DNA of 64,000 nt. Origin: Callorhinchus milii (Eukaryota). Positions 36,720 to 49,717 of this stretch are shown piece by piece. Position numbers and translations under genes: made by a program. Positions within the stretch are counted from its first letter, which is position 1. Each line of letters begins with the position of its first letter. A model generated the notes under the pieces. The model was not told where the DNA came from and ran no database searches. It worked only from the letters and a program-made list of their open reading frames with translations. The DNA is taken from contig NW_024704743.1 in NCBI RefSeq assembly GCF_018977255.1, positions 79,362,001 to 79,426,000 on the forward strand, written 5' to 3'.

Positions 36720-37127
36720 GTCAGCCTGGCTCAGTTGGTAGCACTCAAACCTCTGAGTCAGAAGGTTGTGGGTTCAACTTCTAAATTGAGAATTGGAACT
36801 CATTCTGCCTAAACTGACACTTCAATACAATGGTGAGAGTGTGTTTCATTGTCTGAGGTGTTGTCCAAGATCCCATCTGCCTATTCCAGTGCATGTTAAG
36901 ATCCCTTGATACTATTCAAAAAGCAAAGGGAGTCCTGCTGTACGAGCCAACAATCTTTGGTCACTCACTCCATAGTTGTTTGTGAAACGTCGCTGTGTGC
37001 CACTGGCTGCTGAATTTCTTCCAAAACATACATAAAAACACTTTAAAGTATATCCTGTGAAGCGCTTTGAGGCATCTCAATTATGTGATAAAGCACCATA
37101 TTAAATGCAAAGATTATTATTATTATT
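36720..37127 (+). mobile_element. Older DeuSINE (SacSINE1/AmnSINE1-like), near full length
   Basis: tRNA head ggctcagttggtagcactc...tctgagtcagaaggttgtgggttcaa, Deu-like core aagatcccttgatactattcaaaaagcaaagggag, shared L2-like tail; family assignment from memory. Confidence 0.75.
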
Positions 37128-39314
37128 TAGGACTTTAAACACACACTCTCTGCTGACACGCACTCCAGTGCAATAATGGAGTGTGCTGCATTGCTGGAAT
37201 TATCGTTCTTCAAGTGGCACACTAATCCAAGGCTCTCTTTGCCTTGATGTGATCCCATTATGTTATTCAAAAAGAAAAGGGAACTTTCTTTAAGTGTCCT
37301 AGGGGAACAAACACCCAAATAAATTGTTCATTTGCTTAATGGATGTTTGTGGGATCTGCCATATTTGTCTACTTATACCCACTCACTATACCTGACAGCA
37401 ATTATCTACAAAGCTCTTTGAGATGGTTCAGAGTTAGGAGCACGCTATCAAACACAAGGATCAATATTATACTGTACTGTGCAATGCCATTATGCTAAAA
37501 TGGCAATAGAGGTCAGACACATTAATTACAAATTACAAAAAAAAGCAAAAGTGTGCAAGAAAGTGGCAGCAAGTTAAATACTAATCTCCCTATGTGTGGG
37601 TCTCTCACTCTTCAGACACTTTCCCCAGACATTGGCAGCTCTCAGATATGGCCGACTGCAATCTTATGGCTCAGACAGACTAAGCAGGCTGAAATGAACA
37701 TTTCTCACTCCTATCTCGCAAACTGGACCTCAGTGTTATGTACGACTTAGAACTTTTCCTGTTTTTGCCATGCATTTCCTGGATTGAAATGCTATACTTC
37801 AACAAGTTTCATTGTCTCCCTACTATTCTTGTATGTTTTCATTGGTGTGTTGTTTGCAGGGAAAAAAAGACAGGAAACCACCCAAACACTCATACAGGAA
37901 GAATAGATACAAATTCGCAGTCAACAGGAAACGTCTGGTTATAACTTGGTCGCTGCCTAACTTGAGCTTGTACAGTCACTGAATGAATGAAAGTAAGTTT
38001 CACTGAAGGCTTCTTCACGAAGATGGTATCTCTGAAGAAGGACAAAAATAGACACGCAGTAGTTGCTGGGGTCACAGTCTCCCTATGGAGGTGCAAATAG
38101 CTGTGCGAGTAGCTACAGGATGGGAGTGCCGGTGCTGTTCAGCTTTACTCACTTACATCAACTTTCCTTTTGCTTATTTTCCACAATATTATTTCGGGAA
38201 CAATACAAATGTGTTTGTTTAAACAAAAACGTAAAATTCCAACGGTTACTAATCAATTGCCATGTGTCCTCCAGGTCACTTCAGGTCTTTGGAGACTCGG
38301 TCGTAATATTTCTTAACGGACTTACTAAGGAATCTGAGCCATGTAAAAGGGAACTCCTTGGGATAACCGGAAGTCTGATATGTTGGCCATTGAGAACTGA
38401 TTTCAGAGTGGAGGTCCCGCTGATTAGCTGCAATTCTAGCAGAATTCAGCAGTAGAGAATGGTAGACGAATATCGCAAATTAAACCCAATTAATAATAAT
38501 AATAATAATAATCCTTACATTGATATAGTGCCTTATCACATCTTTGAGATGACTCAAAGCGCTTCACAGGATATAGTGTAAAGTGTATTGACGGTATATT
38601 TTGTTGGTGAAATGCATCAGTGAATTGCACACAGCAGTATCCTACAAACAGTGATCTTCTCACGAAACTCCAAATTTAATAGAATAAGTCACAATGTTTC
38701 CTTGTTTGACAAGTTCAGACATAAATAGTTTCAGGGAAAGGGTCTTTTTGAGCTTTGTTTATAAGACCCAGTTGAAAATTTGTTAAGAAGTAGGTTTTCT
38801 TTTTAATCTCCAGTGGATATTTTTCTACTCTCCTTGGAAAAGCTTTCCCCCATCTCATGCTGATCATCATTTCACAGAAAGAAACAACAACAAATTACAT
38901 TGGCATAGCAGCTTTCATGTCAGGAGGACGTTCCAAGGTGCTGAACAGTCATGGATTCACACCCGAGCCGGTGGTTGGGATCAGGAAGTGTGGAGGACAG
39001 GGAACCTAGGGGTAGGATGGTGATCGAAGGCACGGTTGAAGAAGAGGGTCTTGAGACGGGTTTTGAAGGAGGCAAGGGAGGGCGAGGTAGAGGGACTATC
39101 GGATGCCATCAGCCTGCTTTCAGGCCTCTGTCAATGCCGCTCAGTAACAGCAACCTAAGAGCTATGTGAGAGTGAACTAAAGTGTTCAGAAAGCAACAAG
39201 AATAATTCTGGCACTTACTAGGAGAGACTCACTTATTTTTCATTGGAGAGAGAAGTAACATAATCCAGCTCTTTAAATATGGATATTAGACATTGGAGAT
39301 GCCAATTATTTGAC

Positions 39315-39352
39315 TTAGAATCATAGAATTTTACAGCACAGAAGGAGGCCAT

Positions 39353-39394
<42 letters not shown>

Positions 39395-39956
39395 CCTAGC
39401 ATTTGATATAGCGCCTTATGTCATTGAGATGGCTCAAAGCTCTTCACAGAATACATTGCAATATTCAGACCATCATGCTTGTGCTACATGACTGAAAGAG
39501 CCATCATTTTAGTCCCCACTTCATTGGCTTTCCCCAATGTTGTTTCAAAGTTGTTTTTTTAAATATTTGTTCAAATCCTTTTTAAAATTTGATAGGGATT
39601 CTGCTTCAACCACCGTTTAGGTAGAACATCATAATAGGCCTCTAAGCAAAAAAATCTCAGACCTCTCCCTTTGTTTTTGTGGCATTGATCTTAAATTATA
39701 CACCCCTAAATTGTAAATGCAGAGCTAGAGGGCATAGGTTTAAAATGAATAAGCTCTAGGAAGCTTAAAGATTAGAAAACAACAAAAGCAATTATTGCTG
39801 CACCAATGAGCTTGAAATAAATAATTGGGTAGGACAAGTTTGTAAGGCTATGGGGAGGGAGCAAGGGAATAGGATTAATTTGGGTAGCTCTTTTCAAAGG
39901 GCTGGCACAGACACGATGGGCCGAATGGCCTCTTTCTGTACTGTATAATTCTATGA
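39315..39956. mobile_element. Cluster of CR1 3' fragments (minus about 39315-39710, plus about 39715-39956) with a SINE tail and (AAT)n at 39352-39460
   Basis: tagaatcatagaattttacagcacagaaggaggccatt and its inverse aatggcctctttctgtactgtataattctatga. Confidence 0.72.
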
Positions 39957-41009
39957 TAAAGAACTGGACAAATACCTGGTTTGGATAGTATTTGGATATG
40001 GACAGCAATGAACAAATACTCAATTGGGAGTTTACATGGAGGATATGTTCGCACCAGATTTGGATAGCTTTATCTGTGGTTGCTTTGAGGCATTGGGAGT
40101 TTCTGTGTGCAGTTTTTACTGGGAGGTGGAGATAGTGGAATCCTTTATAGAGTTTATAGAGCGTGTGATCGCCTTTTCTTGTTCCATATATTATTTATTC
40201 CCTTTTCGAATAGCACTGTTTAATGTTCTTTTATTATTCACCTGAACATGCAAATGGGGCCTCGGTTTAATGTCTCGTCTGTAGGATGACACTACTAACT
40301 ATGCATTGCTCCCCTATTGCTACATTATCATGTCTGCCAGGACTATGACCTCAAGTACCAATATAATAATAATCATTGTTGCATTTGAGATAGTGCCTTA
40401 TCGCATCATCAAGATGTTTCAAAGCACTTCATTGGATTGTTTACTGTGAACTGTAGTGACTGTGTATTATGAGGGCAAATGTGACAGCCAGCCAATTTGC
40501 ACACAGCAATGTATCACAAAGAGATATGAGGCTTGAACCTACAACCAACTGCCTGTCCCCTAAGTGAGAGGGCTAGAATCTGAGGCAGGCTGACACTGGT
40601 TGCATTTCACTGGACATGTAGGATGTATAAAATATTATTGACTGTGCGTAGTTAATAAATAAGTGTGTAAAAATAAGTGAATTTGCAGTCCCACCCACGC
40701 ACCTCTGATTTGTATTACTCTCAGAGAGCCTTACAATCCGTGTGGCGTGCACAGCGTTCCAACACTATGTTACAACGCCATCGAAACCACAATTCATTCT
40801 ACTTCATTGACACAAATCTTAGAAGGAAATGATTGTTAGAATTAGAAAATAAGGAGAACGAAAATGTAATGATCTTAGAAGTTTAAAACACCTGGAGTCT
40901 CTGATATAAGAATTACTTCAACATATTTACTAAACCCCGATCTCTCCGCCAGGGTACACAATGGACAATTTGTTTCATCATTTGTAGAGATTTTGTAATC
41001 CAGATTTCT

Positions 41010-41385
41010 ACCCTCCTCCCTGTGTGTAGCCTTGATTTCAAGATCGCTGCAGGTCTCACTGATTGTCTGTCAACCATCAAGTCCTGGATGAGCTCCAACT
41101 TTCTACAGCTCAATGTTGACAAGATTGAGGCCCACCTGATTGGCTTCCGGCAGTGTCTTCTCACCTCAATCGTTGACCACATAGACTTGCGTGGGTCCTC
41201 ACTTCATCTGACAACGTTGGTATGGAAACTCAGGCTTATTTGAACCCCAAATATCCTTCAAGCCCTATATCCAGGTTCTCATTAGCTTTTCCTCAACTCT
41301 TCACTGCAGCATGCGCACTTCCACCGTTATATCTCTCTGCAGGCAGTTGAAACCTTATCCTTGTCTTCATCACCTCTAGGCTTCA
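41010..41385 (+). mobile_element. L2-clade LINE fragment
   Basis: DCLSTIKSWMSSNFLQLNVDKIEA in ORF 41022..41243. Confidence 0.8.
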
Positions 41386-44149
41386 GTGCTGGGACCCTGA
41401 ATAGAACAGATCGGTGGAAACACAATTGGTGGAAATTTAAAAGCAATATTGTTGGCTTTTTATTTGCTGTATACTTTGCAGTACAGTTGGCAATAATATA
41501 CGTCTGCATTTCTATAACGAGGTCCCTAGATCATTGTAAATTCTGTTCTGCTGTTAAGAATTTCCATTCCGTTTGCCAGGATTGCTAAGCGGTAAGGAAT
41601 CCATCATTTCCTGCTGAATCAGATTTAGTTTATTACTGTATATATTACTCAGCACGTTTCCCTCAAGTTGCTCGGCAGCTGAGTCACCAAATGACGTAAA
41701 AAATCTGTCTGTGCAGCAGGAATCTGGGATTGTACCCGAGAGATTGCGAGAAATGCGACAAATTCCAACCAGAGACTGATCACTCACTTCCTGTTTGAAG
41801 AGCATTCCGAGCAATCCTATAAAACACCAGCATCCAAGGAAGGATGACTACATCTGTTTGTTGTGACAGAGAACTATTTGAATGCAATGATGCTAATAGT
41901 TGAAGAGAGCAGGAACGAGGTGGGAGTCCATATCTTGAGGGCACCAAACCCATGATACTTTAAAATCCAGTCAGATATCAATTATTTCCCCCATGAGAAG
42001 GGCCACAATGCTGCCATGGTAACTTTTAGGGAAAAACATGGATTCATTGTGGTTAAAAATAACATCACAGTTCACTATAAAATCATGAAAAATCATGAAT
42101 CCATTTTGCACCAGACAAGCTATCTTTAATCTGCTACTATTGGTCATCCAAACTAAGCAACTCTTTGATAAACCATGGTATAGGTACAGGGAAAGAACAA
42201 GGAATTGGAATTTAGGATGTTTGGCTTCTTGGAGGAGCAACCATCACCCTCCCCTCCAAAAAACTGATGGAATGGGCTCATATGTGTTTATATTTCTGTG
42301 GTTCTCTGGTAGTTTCCATATTGCACAGTAACTGACTCCAGTGGAATTATAAAACCAACTAAATATGCTGGATCTAGTGTTGCCACTTTTTGTGTGTGGA
42401 GTGGTCAGTAATACCATCCGTGTAGTAGGCCAAAAATTACCAAATGCAAGGTTATTATGGCTGTTTTGGGCCTATGAAGCCTCGGGACCAGGGAACTTAC
42501 TTTGTTCTTTGCCACTTTTTCTCCTCTGGCTTTCTGCTCCATCATCCTCTTCTTCAGAAGATGTTTTGAACCAATTTTTTTTTACATGGACAGGTGTACT
42601 ACAGTGCATAACCCAAGTGACTACTACAACAACTAATAATAATTCTTAAAACGACTGAGTCCGATACTAACATTACCCAATGTCTATACAAATGGACCTT
42701 GTAGCAGGGGTCTCCAGACAATGATCGGGACCAAAATTCCTGTCTGTTTTACCCTTCCCTAACCCAAGGTGCACTAAGGACAATTATCTATGCAACTGCC
42801 CAGTTCCATGGTTTACCTAATTTATAATAATCCTTGCATTCGATACAGAGCTTTATCCCATTGCTGAGACCTCTAAAAGTGCTTCACAGAATTGTTTTTT
42901 ACCATAAAATTGACTGAATTTGTAGGCAAACTTAGCACAAGCTAAGATTCAAACCTTTCAGTCTGTATGGTGTCATGCTGCACCAAGTCAGCTGCAGTTA
43001 GGGAGTTAATAGAGCTTGAGCTATGTTTAAAGTTTTCACTGACTGGATTATTGTGGGTCATGCCAATAGAAACATACTTATTGAAGCCAGTCCTAACTGT
43101 TTGGTATAAAAATCATTGTTTTGTTTTAAATATCAAGATACTTTTTCAAAAACAACATCTATTAAGAGAGAAGACAATAGAATGGTGTGTAAGAGGCTAG
43201 GTAATGGGGATGAGGATGGGTGGAGACTCGTGGAGTATAAACACAGGCAGGGACTAATTGGGCCAAATAGCCTGTTTCAGGGCTGTAGATTCTATGTAAT
43301 TCTATGTAGTGTTATGAATTTCAAGCATATTCTGTGACTTTAGACTATATTTTTATAGTTTATTTCTGCAATGGAGGTGTTGATAGAAGAAGACATACAG
43401 ATGAAAGGAAGTTGGAAATGTATGCATATTGCAAAAGCCGCAAAGAACATTCAGTACTCATGGAAAATAATCACATGCAGAAACTGCTTTTGATGGAAAT
43501 TTTATTGGAACGATGCTTTCAATGTCTGGTACAGTGAAAATCTCCTCGAATGGGAAAGTCTCTTGGCGAGCAAAGTGTTACTTTTTCCAGACACATTTAT
43601 TAAACAAGTGTGGTAGAATGCTGAATAGGGAATGAACTGAATGCAGATCAAAAATTCCCTGCAAGCACATTTCTGTTTTATTGGACTGGATTTGCTGACT
43701 GCCTTGTATGGCTCTTGAGCTATTAAATCTGTGGAGATAAAACATTTTCAACATCCCAATGATTCACACTGGATATCTCATGCCTTTTCCTTAGCCAAGC
43801 ACGTCATCACTTATACTCCTGAGATTACTCCTGTTATCAGTTTAAATATTAATATTATTCGTTTTTGACAAGAGATATATAACGTATCTATTTAAATGCA
43901 GTGATGTGATTTTCTACATAGCTTCTGTCAATTTATCAATAGGAATATCGCTTTCGCTGATAATATTCTGGTTCCCCAATATTTGCAAAGGAACTAGCAC
44001 TGCACAAATAGAAAACTCACAGACAGCTGGATGTGCGTTCCACACTGAAAGGAGCCACCTAAAAAATACACTAGTGGCTTAACTGCTGTGTGAGTGCCGG
44101 TAAAAGCGCCAGTGACATAAACAGCCATTTCCATGGTTTGGATGAAGAA

Positions 44150-46120
44150 GCCCCTTTGGCCCATCCGATCTCATCCCTCCAGAACACCCACCCTACTGTC
44201 CTTCTCTCATCACTGCTTCAAGCTGCTTTTTAAATGAGTCCAGTGTCCTGGCTTCAACTACCTTTCCTGGCAACCTGTTCCAATCATTGATTATAAGAAC
44301 ATAAGAATTAGGAGCAGGAGTAGGCCATTCGGCCCCTCGAGCCTGCCCCGCCATTCGATAAGATCATGGCTGATCTTCTGACCTAACTCTAATTACCAGC
44401 CCTATCCCCATATCCCCTAATCCCTTGTTTTTTAAAAATCTATCAGTCTCAGCCTTGAAGATGTTCAAGGACTGAGCATCTACAGCCTTCTGGGGTAGTG
44501 AATTCCATAAATTCACTACCCTCTGAGTGAAGAAATGTTTCCTCAACTCTGTTCTAAAAGGCTGACCCTTAATTTTAAAACTGTGACCTCTGGTTATAGA
44601 TTCTCCTACCAGGGGAAAACAGTCCCTCAGTGTGTCTACTTTATCCAGCCCTTTAAGAATCTTATATGTTTCAATAAGATCTCCCCTAATTCTTCTGTAC
44701 TCTAGAGAATACAGCCCTAGTTTATTCAGCCTATCCTCATAGGTCAGTCCCCTCATCCCAGGAACTAACCAAGTGAATCTATGCTGCACCCCCTCTAGGG
44801 CAAGTATGTCCTTTTTTAAATAAGGAGACCAAAACTGCACACAATACTCTAGGTGCGGTCTCACCAAGGCCCTATATAGTTGCAGCAAGACTTGCCTACT
44901 CTTGTACTCTAAACCTTTTGCAATGAACTCTAACATGCCGTTCACCTTCTTAGTTGCTTGCTGCACCTGCAAACTAACTTTTTGAGACTGGTGTACAAGG
45001 ACACCCAAATCCCTCTGCACACTAACACTATCTAATCTCTCCCCCTCTAGAAAATAATCTGTTTTTCTATTTTTTCTACCTAGGTGAATAACTTCACACT
45101 TCCCCACATTAAATTCCATCTGCCACCTACTCGCCCACTCCCCTAGCCTATCTATATCCCGTTGCAATCTTTTTGCATCATCCTCAGAGCTTACTTTCCC
45201 ACCTACTTTAGTGTCATCCGCGATTTTGGATATGTTACATTCAATGTCCTCGTCTAGATCATTGATGTAAATCGTAAATAGCTGAGGGCCAAGCACTGAT
45301 CCTTATGGCATTCCACTAGTCATATCCTGCCAATTCGAGAATGACCCATTTATCCCTACTCTCTGTTTTCTACCCGTTAGCCACTCTTCAATCCATGCTA
45401 ATATGTTCCCATTAATCCCATGGGCCTTAACCTTGTGCAATAGCCTTTTGTGTGGCACTTTGTCAAATGCCTTTTTAAAATCTAAATATACTACATCTAC
45501 TGGTTCCCCCCTATCTAACCTGCTAGATACATCTTCAAAAAAACTCTAAAAGATTAGTTAAGCATGACTTCCCTTTTGTAAAGCCATGTTGACTGCCTAA
45601 TCTTGTTATGGTCTTCCAGGATTCCCATAACGACATCCTTAATTAAGGACTCAAGAATTTTCCCTACTACTGATGTCAGACTAACTGGTCTATAGATCCC
45701 CATCTTTTCTCTCCCACCCTTCTTAAATAGTGGTGTCACGTTTGCAATCTTCCAATCAATTGGAACCGTTCCAGAATCCAGAGAATTTTGGAAGGTCAAA
45801 GACAAGCCATCCACTATCTCAGTAGCCACCTCTTTTGAAACCCTAGGATGTAGGCCATCAGGTCCAGGAGACTTATCAGTTTTAAGACCTGATAATTTAC
45901 CGAAAACCATTTCTTTACTAATATTAATTCTTCCAAGTTGCTCGCTAACATTTTCTTCTTGGTTCCCCTCTATTTTTGGTAGGTTTTCAGTGTCTTCTAA
46001 GGTGAAGACTCTATCCTCTATGAAGATTACCCTCTATGTAAAGAAAAACTTCCAGGTATCTATTCTAAAATTGCCCTTTACAACTCTAAATCTATGTCCT
46101 CTTGTGGTTTTGTAATGATA
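44150..46120 (-). mobile_element. Older CR1 3' fragment (44150-44293 and 46025-46120) interrupted by the younger CR1
   Basis: ...ggcaacctgttccaatcattgatta and ccctctatgtaaagaaaaacttcc... rejoin into a contiguous CR1 3'-end sequence. Confidence 0.7.
44294..46009 (-). mobile_element. CR1-clade LINE, 5'-truncated (~1.7 kb), ORF2 reverse transcriptase pseudogenised
   Basis: ORFs 45554..45910 (KSPGPDGLHPRV, YRPVSLTSVVGK) and 44364..45296 (LGPQLFTIYINDLD, ADDTK, RPHLEYCVQFWSP). The region between them encodes VDVVYLDFKKAFDKVPH but has frameshifts near 45540 and 45595 and a stop in MP*GSVLGP at 45303-45305. TTCTTATG-type 3' tail. Confidence 0.95.
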
Positions 46121-49100
46121 CATCCTAAAATATCCCTGTAGGTCACACAAATTTGACTTCTCATTAAAAATCTCATTGGAGCTGCGTTATCGTGGCTTTG
46201 GGTATCCCTGGAGAAAGCATTGTTAACAGAGTGCTTGGGAAAAGTACTCCATTAGAAGGGAAAAAAAGAATCAAAAGGCTTACGAAGGGGATGGGAGAAA
46301 AATGGGAATGCAAAGGCTATTGGAAAGAAAAAAGGTTCTCTTTCAATACTATTTACTATTTTGTCTAAAACAAGATCAGCTAATAAGAAGTGCCAAATGA
46401 TTGACATGAAGACATGTACTGTCCAATACATAAGTACTCAGAGAGGTTATTGAAAATGATGAAAGGAGGATAATCCCATGTCCAGAGGCAGATTATTGAC
46501 TTTGGCTGGATAAATGTCAGATTAGTTAAAGATGTTGAAAGCATTTTGATCTCAGATTTAATCAATGGACAAGTTGAAACTATGGAGCGCTCAGCCTCAA
46601 TCACTCCATCTTGTCCGCCTTGGGATGTCTTCCCGAAGTGAAAGGCGCTATACAAATGCAATTTGTTGTTAATGTTCTTGCCCATCTTCAGATCACACCT
46701 GAAGGCTTTCCTTTTTGACTGTGCTTATGGTCATCTCCGCTCTCTCCGTGGCTCGTATCAAGCTATGTGCTGTTAAGCACTCTAAGGTGCTACTCCACGT
46801 GAAGGGCGTTAAATAATACTAGTGATTGTTGGGTTGTAACGCTCAGCTAACATAGATACATGCTATGCACCCCCGGTTCCTCCACACCACCATCAGTTCA
46901 TGCCTTCAGCCACTATACCACCCGAACCTGACCTAATCTGTCCCAATCCTCTGCCTCACCTACTCTTTAACTGTCTTTAAATTCCATCTTCAGATCTACC
47001 ATCCCCTTTCCTCTTCTTTCTTGCTTGGCGTCCAATGTACAGTATTATGAGATGCTATCCTGCATGAAGAGTGCTACAAAAATGCAAGTTATTGTTGAAT
47101 AATCATAGCCCTCTCCCTAGAATTCTTCAGGCAGTACATTACAGACTTCAGAGAACCATCTGTTGCTCAAATGTCCTTCACCGAATGTGTAACTTTGAAA
47201 AATCCTGATAATGGGCAACTTGGGGACAGCAACAATATTAAAATCTTGACAGATATATGCAGTATAATTATATTCCCACCTGTTTATCAGAACACACTGG
47301 GAGCTTTAGTTTTTTCATCACCTCCAGAATAAAACAAATAAGACAGAATATAATGTTGGCCTTCAACTTGGGATTGCTGACAGGTAGTCTGGCATGGTGA
47401 GAGAATAGATTTAACCTCACTTTCACCGGTTAAACCCAGAAAACATATTAAGCAAAAAAAAAGCTAGTTTCCTGGTACAGCTATTATAATTTCAATGCTC
47501 AGAAGAGTATGGACCAAATTGCAAATTCCTGAATTTAATAAAGTCAAAACATGGCTCACCTCCAATGTTTACTTTGCCACCGAAAATAAATTAGAGTTGA
47601 AGGAAGTCAATGTTTGGTACCACAAAGCTACCTGGGTTTGGACATATTCATGTTTCATTTTGTAAACTTTGAGTTTCTATTACCAATTGAAAGTTGTTAA
47701 GATCATGGTTCATAGTTCATAGAATCGGACCAGAAATTTCAGGACAGAGAACCCACAACCTTCCGACTTAGAGGCGAGAGTGATACCAACTAAGCCAGGC
47801 TGATACCTAATGTCCAAAGTTTCAGCATTAATGAATTTGCTATCAGGAACATTTTTTGCTAAGTGAGAATTTTGGAATCTTGGTGCTATCCCAGGAAGGT
47901 GATATTGAAGTTTATAGTCTGTCAATGGTAGATGATACATGAAGAATGATCCACTGACATTGAAATACTGCTCAACAGGTCTCAAACAGGGAAAGGTAAT
48001 GACCTTGCAACTCTTTCAGCTTCTCCGCAGAATCAGGAAAGGAAAACTCAAAGAGGAAATAGTCTAATCTACTTGAGTGAAGACACACAACTGTGTTATA
48101 TAATCCTAACAGCCATTACTAGTGAATGCACGAAGTTTGTCTTTCATATGGTTAGATAATTTATCTGAGAGCTTATTGCTGTGGCAGATCGCCACATGTT
48201 TCAAATTACCAGGTTCTTTTTCCCACACAATTTTACCCAGGAAAAAATAACCTTTTCCTCATTGTTTATATGCATGGACACATGCAAATCTGCATCTATG
48301 TACATATGCATGCATTTATATGTTTGCAATATGTATGCATTGTTAAATAGGAAAAAAATTAAATATATAATGTGGAAGCATTTGTACATATATCTATATG
48401 CACTTGTTTATAGTTATCCATATTTAATACAAATAACAATTTAGTTACAAAACAATAATAATTGGGGTCTAATTTGGGCTCTTTGTAAAGCAGATTTGGA
48501 TCACCAATTGCAAGTACTGAATGCCATTTAATTTGCAATATTGACAAAATATGGCTAATCACGATTTCTGAAAATGGATAAAATGCAAAATGAAGTATAC
48601 AGTCACACCACTTTGGAGTGAAATCGTGTGAAGCACTTTAAGATGTCCCTCTGACGTGATAAGGCAACATTTCAAGGGTTATTTTTATCGTTATTGATAA
48701 CAAGGCCGAATGGCAAAGCAACATTCACTAACAGAAATAAAACATCAATTGAAATCACTTTTTTTCTTTTCTATCTTTAGATTGGGAAATTCTATAAGCA
48801 AATACCTACTAATTTTTGCCATCAGAGTTTGTTAGATTTGTGGTCTGAACCTGAACAGAAGTCACATATGATCAGTGGTGTAAGTGTAGTGTAAGTCTCA
48901 CTTCTGCAATGTGCAGTGGGATTGTAGATTTTTGATTTTGAGAGCCTTCCAGGGCAACATGATGCTATTAATCTTATAACTGAGAAATTGCTCTTGGTGT
49001 TAGACAAAGCTCTTTGAAAATCAGTGCTTGTAAGCGGAGTTTTGACAAAGTCACAACACGTAGTGGTAAGAGAAGATTCTTTCCTTATGTGCCTCTGTTC

Positions 49101-49454
49101 TGGATTCAATAATAATTTGTGATCTTTGTAACCTGGATTTTAGTCTCTTCTTTGCCACTGTGGAGTGGAGTGGTATTAACTTGCATTTATTCTGTGGTGT
49201 GCTGCATTGTTGGGTCCTTGAGATGAGATATTACATGTTCAGGTGGACATTATAGATCCCAATGATACTATTCAAAAAGAGAAGGGAGTTCTCCTGTTGG
49301 CCTGGATAACATTCCCAAAATAAAATTTGTCACACACTTCATGGCTTTCTGTGAGACATTGCTGTGCCTAAATTGACTGCTGCATTTGCCCACAAAACAA
49401 CAAATTATATTTGTATAGCGTCTTTCGTGTCAAGAGGACATCCCAAGGCTGTGA

Positions 49455-49717
49455 AATAATAATCCTTACATTTGATGTAGCGCCTTATCACTGCTTCGAG
49501 ACATCTCAAAGCGCTTCACAGAATATACTGGTAAAGTGAATTGACTGCATATTTTGTGAGCGAAACCCAATAATCGTGGATTGAGTAACCAGATTATGAT
49601 TTTTTTTCTTTTTGAAGGGATTAATACCACTGGAAAAGCGATCCGCCAATCCATTAATAACTGGGTTCCTACTTACTGCTAGGTAAATAGAAGCGTGTGG
49701 AGTAAGGAAACTTACCT
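49455..49717 (-). mobile_element. SINE, long subfamily, tRNA head missing
   Basis: Shares the extra internal segment seen in the 55375-55746 copy. Confidence 0.8.

Noticed and set aside
44364..45296. 310-aa ORF as a functional or domesticated reverse transcriptase
   Set aside because: It is a 5'-truncated CR1 with an upstream stop and frameshifts, no ATG start, and FADD changed to IADD
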